This document shows, in pieces, positions 7,122 to 16,888 of a DNA stretch of 64,000 bases; position 1 is the stretch's first letter; every line of letters starts with the position of its first letter. This stretch comes from Candidatus Krumholzibacteriota bacterium (GTDB lineage: Bacteria > Krumholzibacteriota > Krumholzibacteriia > JAJRXK01), in NCBI GenBank assembly GCA_029262065.1, contig JAJDAC010000031.1, positions 1-64,000 on the forward strand, read 5' to 3'. The notes beneath the pieces were generated by a model that worked only from the letters and a program-made list of their open reading frames with translations, had not been told where the DNA came from and searched no databases. A program made the position numbers and the translations under genes.

Positions 7122-9581
7122 ATGCGGCACGAGAATCGGAAATTTCGATGGGGATGGCTGGCCGGGTTGGCCCTGGTAGCCACATCGACCAGCGGGTCGA
7201 CCTCGGCCCACGCCCAGGTCGCCGTATCCCAGGTCAATCTGCCCCAGATCATGGCCCACCCCGATTGGATAGCCCGATCGCCCCAGAATGCCTACTGGGC
7301 CGACGACGGACGCTCGGTGTACTTCTGGCAGAAACGAGTGGGGTCGCCGTTGCTCGACCTGGTCCAGATGGATCTGAAGGGGCGCGAACTGCGCCGGGTG
7401 AGCGACGAAGAGTTGGGCCGGGTCGACGTGGATGGCGGCGACTGGAGTGCCGATCGGCGCCTGAAGGTGTACACCAACGACGGTGACGTGTTCTGGAAGA
7501 ACACACGCAACGGCGAGAAGGGCGTGCGCCAGCTCACGCGGACGGCGCAGCACGAGCACTCGCCCCGGTTGGTGCTGGACAACACGGCAGTGGCCTACCG
7601 CGTCGACGACCTGGTGCGGGTCCATCACCTGGATACCGATCTCATCGATGACGTCGCCGACTTGCGTACCGCCGATGAGCCGGCCGACGACGAGGACGAG
7701 GAAGACTATCTGACCCGCCAGCAGGAGCGGTTGTTCGACATCATCAAGCAACGCAAGCTGCAAACGAAAGCGCGGGAAGACGAGGACGAGCGCGAGGTCG
7801 CCGCCAATCCGGCCCGCCTGGGCCGGCCGTTCTACCTGGGTAAGAAGAAGGAAATCCAGGGGCTCACGCTGTCGCCCAACGGGCGCTGGTTGCTGGTGCA
7901 GTTGGTCGCCGAGGGTGCCGATCCGGCGCGGGATTCCATGCCCAACTACGTGGCCGAAGATGGCTACGTGGCTTCTCGTAAGGTACGGCCCAAGGTGGGA
8001 GTCGCCGAGGTCGTCACCGATGAGCTGGTGCTCATCGATCTGGTGGAGCGCAAGCAGCACGTGCTCGATCTGGCGGGTTTGCCGGCCATTGCCGAGGATC
8101 GCTTGGCGTTCCTGAACACCGGCGACGACGAAGAATCCGGCGAAGAACCCGAGGAACCCAAGGAACCCAAGGAGACCAAGGAACCCGAGGAACCCAAGGA
8201 GCCGAAGCCGCGAGCCGTGAGCGTGGCGGTGGCCGAGTGGAATCAATCGGGTGACTCATTGTTGTTGCAGTTGCATTCGCGCGACAACAAGGACCGATGG
8301 ATCGCGTCGGTTGAGTTGGATGACGCGCGGGTCGTGCCGCTTCATCACCTGTACGACGAGGCCTGGATCAACTGGCGCTACAATGAAATGGGGTGGATGC
8401 CCGACGGTCGCAACTACTGGTATCTGTCCGAGGAGTCCGGGTACTCCCACCTGTACGTGCAAAGCGTCGAGGGTGGTCCGGCCCGCGCCCTTACGTCGGG
8501 CAATTTCGTGGTCAACGATGTGCAGATCGACGCCAAGGGGCGCTACGCCTACTTCCGCGCCAACCGCGAGCATCCGGGCAACTACGAGATCTATCGGGTG
8601 CGGGTGGAATCGGCCCAGGTTGAACAGATTTCCGATCTTGGTGGCGTGAACCAGGCAAGACTGTCACCGGATAACTCCCAGTTGCTTATCGAGCACTCAG
8701 AAATTGATCGACCCGAGGAACTCCTGGTGCAACCCGCGCGCCCGGGTCGCGAAGCACGTGCGATTACCGACACCATTTCCGACGAGTTCAAGTCCATCGA
8801 CTGGATCGTGCCCGAGATCGTGGCCATTCCCATGTCCCATGGTCGCGACGCCTACGCCAAGTTGTATCGCCCGCGTGACGAAACCACGCAGGGTCGGCCG
8901 CTGGTGATGTTCGTGCACGGCGCCGGCTACACGCAGAACTCGCACATGGGGTGGCCGTACTATTTTCGTGAATTCATGTTCCATACGCTTCTGGTCCAGA
9001 GCGGCTACGTGGTGCTCGATATGGACTGGCGCGCGTCGGCCGGCTACGGTCGCGACTGGCGCACCGCCATCTACCGGCACATGGGCCAACCCGAGTTGGA
9101 GGACATGGCCGAGGGCATGGCCTGGGCCGCGCGCGAACTGGGCGTCGATACGCAAAGAGCCGGAGTCTACGGCGGCTCCTACGGCGGCTTCCTGGCGTTG
9201 ATGGCGTTGTTCAAGGAGCCTGACATGTTCCAGTGTGGGGCGGCGTTGAGGCCGGTTACCGACTGGGCCCACTACAACCACGGATACACCTCGAACATCC
9301 TGAACACACCCGAGTTGGACCCCGTGGCGTTCGAGCGCAGTTCGCCCATCGAATTCGCCGCCGGGCTATCGCGGCCGCTGCTCATGTGTCACGGAATGCA
9401 AGACGACAACGTCGTGTTCCAGGACACGGTGCGTCTGGCGCAACGGTTACTGGAATTGGAAAAGGAAGACTGGGAGGTAGCCATGTATCCCATCGAACCA
9501 CACGGTTTTCGCGAACCGTTCAGTTGGCTGGATGAATACCGCCGGATCTTCAAGCTCTTCGAAACCCATCTGAAGAACTGA
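7122..9581 (+). CDS. S9 family serine peptidase (prolyl oligopeptidase/dipeptidyl-peptidase-like), secreted.
   Basis: The C-terminal alpha/beta hydrolase domain carries GGSYGG (nucleophile elbow) and ...CHGMQDDNVVFQDT...PIEPHGF. It has an N-terminal beta-propeller region and signal peptide MRHENRKFRWGWLAGLALVATSTSGSTSAHA. An alternative start is ATG 7089. The track ORF start at 6594 is antisense overlap. Confidence 0.85.
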   Translation: MRHENRKFRWGWLAGLALVATSTSGSTSAHAQVAVSQVNLPQIMAHPDWIARSPQNAYWADDGRSVYFWQKRVGSPLLDLVQMDLKGRELRRVSDEELGRVDVDGGDWSADRRLKVYTNDGDVFWKNTRNGEKGVRQLTRTAQHEHSPRLVLDNTAVAYRVDDLVRVHHLDTDLIDDVADLRTADEPADDEDEEDYLTRQQERLFDIIKQRKLQTKAREDEDEREVAANPARLGRPFYLGKKKEIQGLTLSPNGRWLLVQLVAEGADPARDSMPNYVAEDGYVASRKVRPKVGVAEVVTDELVLIDLVERKQHVLDLAGLPAIAEDRLAFLNTGDDEESGEEPEEPKEPKETKEPEEPKEPKPRAVSVAVAEWNQSGDSLLLQLHSRDNKDRWIASVELDDARVVPLHHLYDEAWINWRYNEMGWMPDGRNYWYLSEESGYSHLYVQSVEGGPARALTSGNFVVNDVQIDAKGRYAYFRANREHPGNYEIYRVRVESAQVEQISDLGGVNQARLSPDNSQLLIEHSEIDRPEELLVQPARPGREARAITDTISDEFKSIDWIVPEIVAIPMSHGRDAYAKLYRPRDETTQGRPLVMFVHGAGYTQNSHMGWPYYFREFMFHTLLVQSGYVVLDMDWRASAGYGRDWRTAIYRHMGQPELEDMAEGMAWAARELGVDTQRAGVYGGSYGGFLALMALFKEPDMFQCGAALRPVTDWAHYNHGYTSNILNTPELDPVAFERSSPIEFAAGLSRPLLMCHGMQDDNVVFQDTVRLAQRLLELEKEDWEVAMYPIEPHGFREPFSWLDEYRRIFKLFETHLKN

Positions 9582-9589
9582 CGGAACCA

Positions 9590-10192
9590 ATGGAAGGTCT
9601 TTCCCAAACGCAGATCTGGGGCTTCGTGCTCTTCCCGGTGGTGGGCGCGATCATCGGCACGATCACCAACCATCTCGCCATCAAGATGTTGTTTCGGCCG
9701 TACCGGGCGTTCCATTTGGGGTCCTGGCGATTGCCCTTCACTCCCGGGGTCATTCCCTCGCAGCGTCACGTCATTGCCGGCAACATCGCCGAGACGTTCG
9801 AGAAGCAGCTGTTTTCGGGCGGCGAAATCCACCGCGCGCTAACCGGTGAACGCGCCCAGACGATCGTGGAGGAAAAGGTAGGGGAGTTGTTGGCCGGGCT
9901 GGGTCCCATGGCCTCGTTCGCCGCGCCGATGAAGCCCCAGATCGTGGAAAAGGTTCTTTCGGGCATCGAGGAGATGACCACCGAGCTCATTGCCGCGGGC
10001 GGAGAACTCGACATCGGCAAGCGCATCGAAGACAAGATCAACGCCATGGACATCGCTCATCTGGAAGAGCTGATCCTGGGATTCTCCCGCAAGCAGTTCC
10101 GTCACATCACCTTTTTCGGTGGTGTGCTCGGAGCCCTCATTGGGTTGATTCAGGCCGCGTTGAATCTGGCCGTGGGTCAAGGGGGCGGGTAA
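9590..10192 (+). CDS. DUF445-like membrane protein.
   Basis: 200 aa. N-terminal TM helix followed by HLAIKMLFRPYRAFHLGSWRLPFTPGVIPSQRH, which resembles the DUF445 signature. It starts 9 nt after the peptidase stop. Confidence 0.55.
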   Translation: MEGLSQTQIWGFVLFPVVGAIIGTITNHLAIKMLFRPYRAFHLGSWRLPFTPGVIPSQRHVIAGNIAETFEKQLFSGGEIHRALTGERAQTIVEEKVGELLAGLGPMASFAAPMKPQIVEKVLSGIEEMTTELIAAGGELDIGKRIEDKINAMDIAHLEELILGFSRKQFRHITFFGGVLGALIGLIQAALNLAVGQGGG

Positions 10193-10274
10193 GACCGGCA
10201 ATTGGTTCCGGCCCTGGGAACGGAACTCGCAATGTCTCAACCACGAGTGGAGCCCTTTGTCACCAGGGTCCCGC

Positions 10275-11531
10275 ATGGTTTCTTATCGTGGAGACATTGC
10301 TGTGAAGACACCTCGCTCGACAGTCCTCTTTGGTCTCATCTTGCTCGCAGCCTTTGCAGGTTGCAGCCGCGAATCGGCTGACCCCGTGGGTCCGGATGAT
10401 ACGCTGAACATCGATGCCAACGTCGTCCACCGCACAGTCGATGCGCTGGATCTGGCGGACGATCAGAATATTCGCACGTTCGATCTGACCCTGCAGCCGG
10501 GCGACGATCCGTTGCCGGCCATGGCGAAAGACGGCCACGTCAACAACACGGTCGCAATTCGTGGCTTGGCCACGTTGGCCCCGCCGGTGGTCGCCGACCT
10601 GCTGGTCCAGGTCACCGATATGCAGGTGCAGGAACAGGGTCGCAATCTCGTGGGCGTGGCCGTGGCGAACTACGCGGGCGAACAGACCCGTGGCGCCTTG
10701 CAGGTGTTCGACCTGTCCGACCCGCTGGCTCCGACCCTGGCGTCGGAAGTCCAGTTGCCTGATACCGAGTACAACGGTGTTGCGGTCGACAGCGACGTAG
10801 CCTACGCGGTAGGCAACGACTCCGAAATGGGCGTGGTGGATACCTACGATATCTCCGACCCGGCCGAGCCGAAATTGGTGGGTCGTCTGGAAATGACGGC
10901 CGACACGGCGCTGGACGCCGTGCTGGATCGCGGAACCCTTTACGTGGTTACGGGGATCGACGGCGGATTGCATTGGCTGGACGTCTCGGACCCGTTGAAT
11001 CCAACCCAGACGATGACGTTGACCATTCCCGATGCGCGCTCGGTGGAGATGTACAAGAACCACAAGCCTACCGTGTTGCACGGCGGGGGCGTTTACGTGT
11101 TCAACAACAACGGCTCCTTGTGGCGCTCGTTTGCCGTGAGCGATCTGGGGTCGCAGGCGCCGACGCGTGGTGTGATGTACGACCAGCGCTTCTACGTGAA
11201 CACGGAAAGCGGCATAACCTTGGTCGACATCAAACATGACGACGTCTACGAGGTACTGGACTCAGAGTTCGGCACACCAAACGGCATGGCCACCGACAAC
11301 GGCGTGCTGTGGTATCGGGCGAACGGTGAGGCGGGTCTGCAGGTTCTGCAACGCGTATCGAGTCGCGGCTTGTGGTCGTTCCGCATTCTGGGCGTGCTCG
11401 ACATTGCCAACGCGGGTTCGTCCAACAGCGTCGAGGCCCGCAGCGGCTACCTCTTCAGCGGTGATGGGCGCGGCGGCGTTCTCATCTCCGGCGTCAGCGA
11501 ACGCTTCGACGGCGACGATGACGACGACTAG
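10275..11531 (+). CDS. Lipoprotein with LVIVD-type beta-propeller repeats.
   Basis: Lipobox-like LLAAFAGC. The repeated motif is G.a.v.d..G..i.D.SDP..P (e.g. GLHWLDVSDPLNP, VVDTYDISDPAEP). It ends in an acidic DGDDDDD tail. Confidence 0.6.
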   Translation: MVSYRGDIAVKTPRSTVLFGLILLAAFAGCSRESADPVGPDDTLNIDANVVHRTVDALDLADDQNIRTFDLTLQPGDDPLPAMAKDGHVNNTVAIRGLATLAPPVVADLLVQVTDMQVQEQGRNLVGVAVANYAGEQTRGALQVFDLSDPLAPTLASEVQLPDTEYNGVAVDSDVAYAVGNDSEMGVVDTYDISDPAEPKLVGRLEMTADTALDAVLDRGTLYVVTGIDGGLHWLDVSDPLNPTQTMTLTIPDARSVEMYKNHKPTVLHGGGVYVFNNNGSLWRSFAVSDLGSQAPTRGVMYDQRFYVNTESGITLVDIKHDDVYEVLDSEFGTPNGMATDNGVLWYRANGEAGLQVLQRVSSRGLWSFRILGVLDIANAGSSNSVEARSGYLFSGDGRGGVLISGVSERFDGDDDDD

Positions 11532-12865
11532 GCCGTAGTGAAACGACGATGCATCTCGGCGGCTACCGCGTCCACCAGGAACGCCAGCAGCACCGCCACC
11601 ATGAGATGCGTCGACAGCGCGTGGCCATTGAAGGTGCCGAGGGCGTAGGAGGCATAGAACCCCACGCCCCCGGCCCCCACGATTCCCACCACGGTTGCAA
11701 TTCGCAGGTTCGCACACCAGGCGTCGATCGCATGCCGTAGGAAATCTGACGCTTTGGATTCGCGCCCGACACGGGCCAGCATGAAGCCGGTGGACTGCGC
11801 TGTTACCGCGACGGCGCCGGCAAAGGGGCCCAATCCGAGCACGGCAACCAGAACCAAGGCGAAGCCCAGGGTGTAGGCCGTGGTCAGGTGGGCGGCGGCT
11901 GGTTCCCGGCTCGGTGTGGATTTCACGCGTGCGAGGGCCGCAGCTAGCAGCGCACCGAGCACGGTGGCCACTACCGACATACTCAACGTTTCCACGAGTC
12001 CCTGGCGGGCATCCAGAATGACGACGGCGCTGCGTTCGGGTGGCCACAGCCGGGCTGGTATCTCCAGCATCAAGTGGAGGCTTTCGGTCGACAACAGCTC
12101 ACGCAACTGCGGCGCCAGTGACTGAGCGGCAACCACGAAGGCGACCGCGGAGAGTATGGTGATGCGGGTCGATCCGCTGGGTTTGCGGATCGCTACGCGG
12201 GAAGCCATGGCGCCCAGCGCCATGAGCACGGTCAAGGCGGCCAGAGTGGCCATGAGTTCGCCGCCGGACTGGTTTTCAATGGCGCGGCGCAGCAGTAGGC
12301 CGAGTCCGCCCGCGCCCGCGAAGCCGGCCGCGGCGCTCGTGGCGATCGCGCCCGACAACCAGCGCAAAGGGGAGATCGTCGTCGATCGGGAGACGACCGC
12401 GCCCCAGCCCACACCGATTCCCAATACTGCCGCGCTGGACCCCAGGCGCAACAAGTGTACGAACAGCAGGGTCCACAGCACCGGAGGCAAAGCCGCGACC
12501 ACCGACCGCGCGGCGTGCAACAGCGCGCTCAGGAGGCCTCGCCCAAAGCCATCGCGGCCTGCGGATTCTTTGCCGGGCGACACCGCATGGTCGGCCCAGC
12601 GGCCGACGCGGCCCAGCCACAGCGCCAGGATCAAACCCAGGACCGCCACGGCTGCGGTTTCTCCGCATGCCCAGAGCAGGCCGCGCACGAACCATGGGTC
12701 GATCGTCCACGTGGAGTGGATGTTGCCCAGAGACTCGTACGCCGCGCCCGCGACGAAACGACGGGGGTCGAATTCGCTTCCCACCAGGGCGGCGCCGGTG
12801 GCCGCGGTGACGACCAGAGTGATGAACAGTCCGGCGGTTGACCGAAACGAAAAAGAACGGGTCAT
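11528..12865 (-). CDS. PhnE/PtxC-type ABC transporter permease, internally duplicated (two permease domains).
   Basis: The C-terminal half carries NLRIATVVGIVGAGGVGFYASYALGTFNGHAL...LVDAVAAEMHRR, the PhnE-like signature. The N-terminal half carries a related block (AGFAGAGGLGLLLRRAIENQ). No ATPase or substrate-binding gene is adjacent. Confidence 0.65.
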   Translation of the reverse strand: MTRSFSFRSTAGLFITLVVTAATGAALVGSEFDPRRFVAGAAYESLGNIHSTWTIDPWFVRGLLWACGETAAVAVLGLILALWLGRVGRWADHAVSPGKESAGRDGFGRGLLSALLHAARSVVAALPPVLWTLLFVHLLRLGSSAAVLGIGVGWGAVVSRSTTISPLRWLSGAIATSAAAGFAGAGGLGLLLRRAIENQSGGELMATLAALTVLMALGAMASRVAIRKPSGSTRITILSAVAFVVAAQSLAPQLRELLSTESLHLMLEIPARLWPPERSAVVILDARQGLVETLSMSVVATVLGALLAAALARVKSTPSREPAAAHLTTAYTLGFALVLVAVLGLGPFAGAVAVTAQSTGFMLARVGRESKASDFLRHAIDAWCANLRIATVVGIVGAGGVGFYASYALGTFNGHALSTHLMVAVLLAFLVDAVAAEMHRRFTTA

Positions 12866-12916
12866 GGTGAGCTAGTTGGCGCGGGAAACGGACTGCGGCT
12901 TGCGCAGTCTACGTGG

Positions 12917-15586
12917 TCACAGCGCGAACCAATAGGTGAACTTCGCCAGGAAGCGGTTTTCGGGCTCGTTCCTGAACAGCGAGTCCGAACTGAAACCGGG
13001 GTCGAAATCGTCGGGGTTGCCGAACGATCTGCGGTCTTCGAAGCGAGACCGGCTGTGGGTCCACACCAGGAACAGCGTGGAACCGGGACGGTACTCCCAC
13101 CGGTACACCATGTTCAGGTTCACCGCGCCGAAGCGTCGATCGAAACTCTGCACGTCGAAACGACTGGCGTCGATCGAAGCGAGAAACGCGTCGCTGCGAT
13201 TGTCGGTGTAGGGTTCGAGGTCGTAGCTGTCGGGGTTGGCCAGGAAGCGCGGTTGATAGTAGTCCTGCGTGCTCAGGAACGGCTGCAGATAGAGTTCGAG
13301 CGACTTGTCGCGTGAGAACAGGATGTTGCTGCGCAGCGTCACGTCCCAGACCTTGGCGTCGAGTTCGCCGAACAGGTAGCTGACGCCATCGATGCCCTGT
13401 CCGGGATCGTCCAGGTTGGTCAGGAACTGCGCGTTGTCGTGGCGTGACGTGTAGCCGAAGCTGAGGGAGTGGTTGAGCCGGGAATTCTGTACCCATCGCA
13501 GGTCCAGCTCGGGGTTCCATACCCGGCTCCCCGCCCGATCCCAATCGGCCTCGATCTCGACTTCGGCTCCGAATGACTTGCGCCAGTCGGAATTCACACC
13601 CCACCAGAATCCGGTGCGGGCGGGTAGCACCATCAGCGGCCCGCGTGCCCCGTTGAATCTGCGCGTGTTGAACTTGTCGCGGCGTTCGAAGTCGTGCCAT
13701 ACGCCGTAGTTGGTACTCCACCGATGGCGATTCTCCACCCAACCATTGATGTTGCCGCCCGCGTTCTGCGGCTTGCGGTTGCCGTACCGCCAGATTTCCT
13801 GGGTGTCGTCGTCGCGGCTGAACGCGGTGCGTTGACCGTCGAACCAGCTTCGGTGGGCGTTGATGTTCAGGTTGCCGTTGATGAGGTAGGCCTCGGGGTC
13901 CTCGGTGTTGAACCGCCGTTGTAGCCACAGAGACGCCGTGACTTCGTCGGGCGCGAACAGGATGCCCATGTCATTGGGGTCCAGCTCGGTCGATTCCCAG
14001 CCGCCGAACAGGCCGCCTCGGTACTTGCCGGCCAGTTTCTGCATTTCAAGTCGGGCGCCGAACCCGCGCGTGCTCGAGTGATCGATCGTGGCGTCGTTGG
14101 CCACGGGGGCGGGGTCGACGATCGTCGTCACATACGAACCCTGCACCTGGTACGCGCGTTCCCTGAATCGGGCCATGAAGTCGGCGCCGGCGCTGTAGCC
14201 GTCCCGGCTGTCGCGATTGTTATCGTCGATCGTCTCTCGCAGGGAGCCGTCGCGGAGGACCGCGGTGCCCATGATGTTCAGGTTGTGGTCGCCGCCGGAG
14301 AACTCCTTGCCCAGGCGCGTCACCGCGAAGTACTCGCGATTGCTACCACTGCGCAGGAAGTTGTGCGCTTTGCCGTTGCCGGCAAGGTCGGTGGCCGCGA
14401 ACAGGGTAGCCACCGACACGTCGCCGGCCGTCTTGCCGATGAGCTTGCCGGCGTAGCGAATGCGGGCGAGTTCGCTGCCGGTGCCAATGCGACGCGTGTA
14501 TACGAGGTTGAAGTGGGGGTGTTCGAAGAAGCGTGACCCTTCGATGAAGAACGGACGCTTTTCCGCGAAGAACGTTTCGAACGGGGACAGGTTCAACACC
14601 GAGGGGTCGGCTTCGACCTGGCCGAAGTCGGGTTGGAACGTGGCGTTGAGGGTGAGGTCAGCCGTGAGGCCGTACTTCACGTCGGCACCGAAGTTCTGGA
14701 ATCCATCCCAAGTGTCACCCTCGCCCTCCACCGAAGGGTCGGTGGCGCGTTGAACCACATAGGGGGTGATCTCGAGTTGTCGCGGCGATCGCACGTCGCG
14801 CAGGTTTCGCAGTTCGCCGAAACGACTCACGAAGCCTTGCACGTTGCGATCCCAGTTGACCCACGCGGTGTCTTCGCCGCGGCCGTGCATCCAACGGTAC
14901 ACCTGGAGTCCCCAGGTCATGTTGGGCTGTGGCCGGTAGCGGATGGAAGAAAAGGGAATCCGGAATTCGGCGTACCAGCCCTGATCGTCGCGGTGGGTTT
15001 CCACTTCCCACACGGCATCCCAGTCGAGGTCCCGATCGCCGTCGTTGAAGACGTACTGGTCCATCTTCACACCGTGCGGATTGACCCGGAAGTTGTAACC
15101 GGTGGTACGGTCGTGATACGGGTCGATGTAGATGCTTATGACGTCGGAGTTGGTAACGCGATCGCGGCGCGAGAGCGCGGTCGAGACGTTCGCCATGTCG
15201 TTTTCGTAGCAGGCCACGCCGAAGTAGATGGCGTCTTCGTCGTATAGCACCTTGAACAACGTTTGTTCGGAGGCCGGCTCGCCACGGTTGGGGTCGGCCT
15301 CGACAAAGCCGTAGCCGGCCGGAACCTCGGACCAGGCCGCGTCGTCGAGCTGGCCATCAAGCTTCAGGGTGCCCGTCAAGCGGTGGGCGTCGAGTGCGGG
15401 CCGCTCGCTGGCGAGGCCATTGGCCTCGGGAGGATAGTGGTAGCCCGACCCATTGGGGTCGAAGGATCCGTAGGCGGCCACGGCTTCGGTTGGTCCAAAA
15501 TCCAAGGGGCCAGCCGAACCGCTTATCAGGGAAAGGAGAGATGTGGCGAGTGGCACCCAACCGGATATGGCAATGCGCGCATCCAT
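12917..15586 (-). CDS. CBM9-like plus DUF5916 family protein (putative large outer-membrane/secreted beta-rich protein).
   Basis: 889 aa. Signal-like N-terminus. Block LTLNATFQPDFGQVEADPSVLNLSPFETFFAEKRPFF resembles DUF5916 proteins. Composition is Tyr/Trp/Asn-rich. It ends in ...KFTYWFAL, an aromatic C-terminus typical of beta-barrels. Confidence 0.55.
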   Translation of the reverse strand: MDARIAISGWVPLATSLLSLISGSAGPLDFGPTEAVAAYGSFDPNGSGYHYPPEANGLASERPALDAHRLTGTLKLDGQLDDAAWSEVPAGYGFVEADPNRGEPASEQTLFKVLYDEDAIYFGVACYENDMANVSTALSRRDRVTNSDVISIYIDPYHDRTTGYNFRVNPHGVKMDQYVFNDGDRDLDWDAVWEVETHRDDQGWYAEFRIPFSSIRYRPQPNMTWGLQVYRWMHGRGEDTAWVNWDRNVQGFVSRFGELRNLRDVRSPRQLEITPYVVQRATDPSVEGEGDTWDGFQNFGADVKYGLTADLTLNATFQPDFGQVEADPSVLNLSPFETFFAEKRPFFIEGSRFFEHPHFNLVYTRRIGTGSELARIRYAGKLIGKTAGDVSVATLFAATDLAGNGKAHNFLRSGSNREYFAVTRLGKEFSGGDHNLNIMGTAVLRDGSLRETIDDNNRDSRDGYSAGADFMARFRERAYQVQGSYVTTIVDPAPVANDATIDHSSTRGFGARLEMQKLAGKYRGGLFGGWESTELDPNDMGILFAPDEVTASLWLQRRFNTEDPEAYLINGNLNINAHRSWFDGQRTAFSRDDDTQEIWRYGNRKPQNAGGNINGWVENRHRWSTNYGVWHDFERRDKFNTRRFNGARGPLMVLPARTGFWWGVNSDWRKSFGAEVEIEADWDRAGSRVWNPELDLRWVQNSRLNHSLSFGYTSRHDNAQFLTNLDDPGQGIDGVSYLFGELDAKVWDVTLRSNILFSRDKSLELYLQPFLSTQDYYQPRFLANPDSYDLEPYTDNRSDAFLASIDASRFDVQSFDRRFGAVNLNMVYRWEYRPGSTLFLVWTHSRSRFEDRRSFGNPDDFDPGFSSDSLFRNEPENRFLAKFTYWFAL

Positions 15587-15722
15587 TCGGAGAGACTCCT
15601 TCCGGCGGGTTCGGAGTTGTACGCTGTCGTGGCCGAAAACTGAATCGATTCGCTGGCGGGCGAGATGCGAGTATCCGACGAATTACGTCGGCTCGCGCCA
15701 CCAAGTTTCATCTGCGGCTCAT

Positions 15723-16427
15723 TTAGGGGTCCGACGCCAACCATTGGGTCAGCCAGGGGCCCAGGTCGCCCCATTGTCCAAGCACCAACTCGGCTCCCGA
15801 TCGCTCCAGGGCCGATTTGGTATGATAACCCCAAGACACGCCCAGGGTGCGGGCTCCCGCCCTGGAGCCCATTTCCATGTCGAACGTGGTGTCACCGACC
15901 ACGACGATATTGCCGCAGGGCACCCCCACTTCCGCGGCCGCCTGTTGGACCATGGCCGGATGCGGTTTGCTGGGCGCGTCGTCGGCGGTCTGCAACGTGG
16001 CGAACAAGGGAAGCAGGTCGTGGTGTTCCAGCACCTCGCGCAGGCCCCGGCGTCCTTTGCCGGTGGCTATCCCCAGCACGAAGCCTTGAGCGTCGGCGTC
16101 GAGCAGGGCTTCACGCGTGCCTGGATACAGCGATTCGAACTGGCTGTCGGTGGCCCGGAACCGTGAGAATGCGGCTCGGTATCGGTCGACCATGGCCGTG
16201 TGGGTCGCCTGGTCGCCCTCAGGGTGGAGTCTGCGCACCGCCTCCATGAGCGACAGCCCCACGATGCTGCGCACCGCCTGAGGCTCGGGCGACGGCGCGC
16301 CACTGCCGATCCACGCTTCGGCCATGGCCCGGGCGATCAGGGACTGGCTGTCGACCAGTGTGCCGTCACAATCGAAGAGCACCATGCGAGAACGGTCGGA
16401 CTTTGCCGACGAGGACGATTGGTTCAT
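15723..16427 (-). CDS. HAD-superfamily hydrolase (phosphoglycolate phosphatase-like).
   Basis: Motif I LFDCDGTLVDS, motif III K (GIATGKGRRG), motif IV VVGDTTFDMEMG. An alternative start at ATG 16385 (MVLFDCDGTL) is equally plausible. Confidence 0.8.
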   Translation of the reverse strand: MNQSSSSAKSDRSRMVLFDCDGTLVDSQSLIARAMAEAWIGSGAPSPEPQAVRSIVGLSLMEAVRRLHPEGDQATHTAMVDRYRAAFSRFRATDSQFESLYPGTREALLDADAQGFVLGIATGKGRRGLREVLEHHDLLPLFATLQTADDAPSKPHPAMVQQAAAEVGVPCGNIVVVGDTTFDMEMGSRAGARTLGVSWGYHTKSALERSGAELVLGQWGDLGPWLTQWLASDP

Positions 16428-16471
16428 GATGGTGCTGGTTCCGGCCAGCCAGTCTCGTCAGAGGTGAAACC

Positions 16472-16888
16472 ATGCCGCGAAAGACACAAGCAGGGTATTC
16501 GGGGACGCCGTTGGCGCGAAAGCTCGGAATCAAGGAAGGCCACCGGGTGCTGGTGCTTGGGGCCGAAGCGGGATTCGTGGAAAGCCTGCAGCCGCTGCCC
16601 GACGACGTCACGGTCGCCGTGCGGCGCCAGGGGAAGGCCGATGTGATTCTGATGTTCTGTGCCGATGCCCGTGGACTCCAAGCGCTCGAGGCGTGTCGAG
16701 CCAACATGCGCCCAGCTACCGGTCTATGGGTCGCGTGGCCAAAGAAGAGCTCGGGACGCGCGACGGATCTGTCGTTCGATGTCGTACAGGGGGCGGGCCT
16801 GGGATTGGGGTTGGTGGACAACAAGGTCTGCGCCGTGGACGAGACGTGGTCGGGCTTGAGATTCGTGATCCGGACGGAGGATCGATGA
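16472..16888 (+). CDS. DUF3052 family protein.
   Basis: 138 aa. N-terminus AGYSGTPLARKLGIKEGHRVLVLGAEAGF matches the DUF3052 signature as I recall it. Confidence 0.6.
   Translation: MPRKTQAGYSGTPLARKLGIKEGHRVLVLGAEAGFVESLQPLPDDVTVAVRRQGKADVILMFCADARGLQALEACRANMRPATGLWVAWPKKSSGRATDLSFDVVQGAGLGLGLVDNKVCAVDETWSGLRFVIRTEDR

Noticed and set aside
7026-8246. N-terminal 407 codons of the 840-aa minus-strand track ORF 5724..8246.
   Set aside because: This part is antisense to the S9 peptidase gene and has the R/G/L/H/Q/V-rich composition typical of high-GC mirror frames. A clean signal peptide and the thioredoxin domain begin at the internal ATG 7025, so only 5724..7025 is called.
10260-11237. 325-aa minus-strand ORF, and similar long antisense ORFs such as 12909..13928, 19943..20545, 28846..29091, 37660..38478, 41678..42226 and 55351..56307.
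   Set aside because: All lie inside well-supported genes on the opposite strand and show the amino-acid bias of GC-rich antisense frames. No motifs were recognised.
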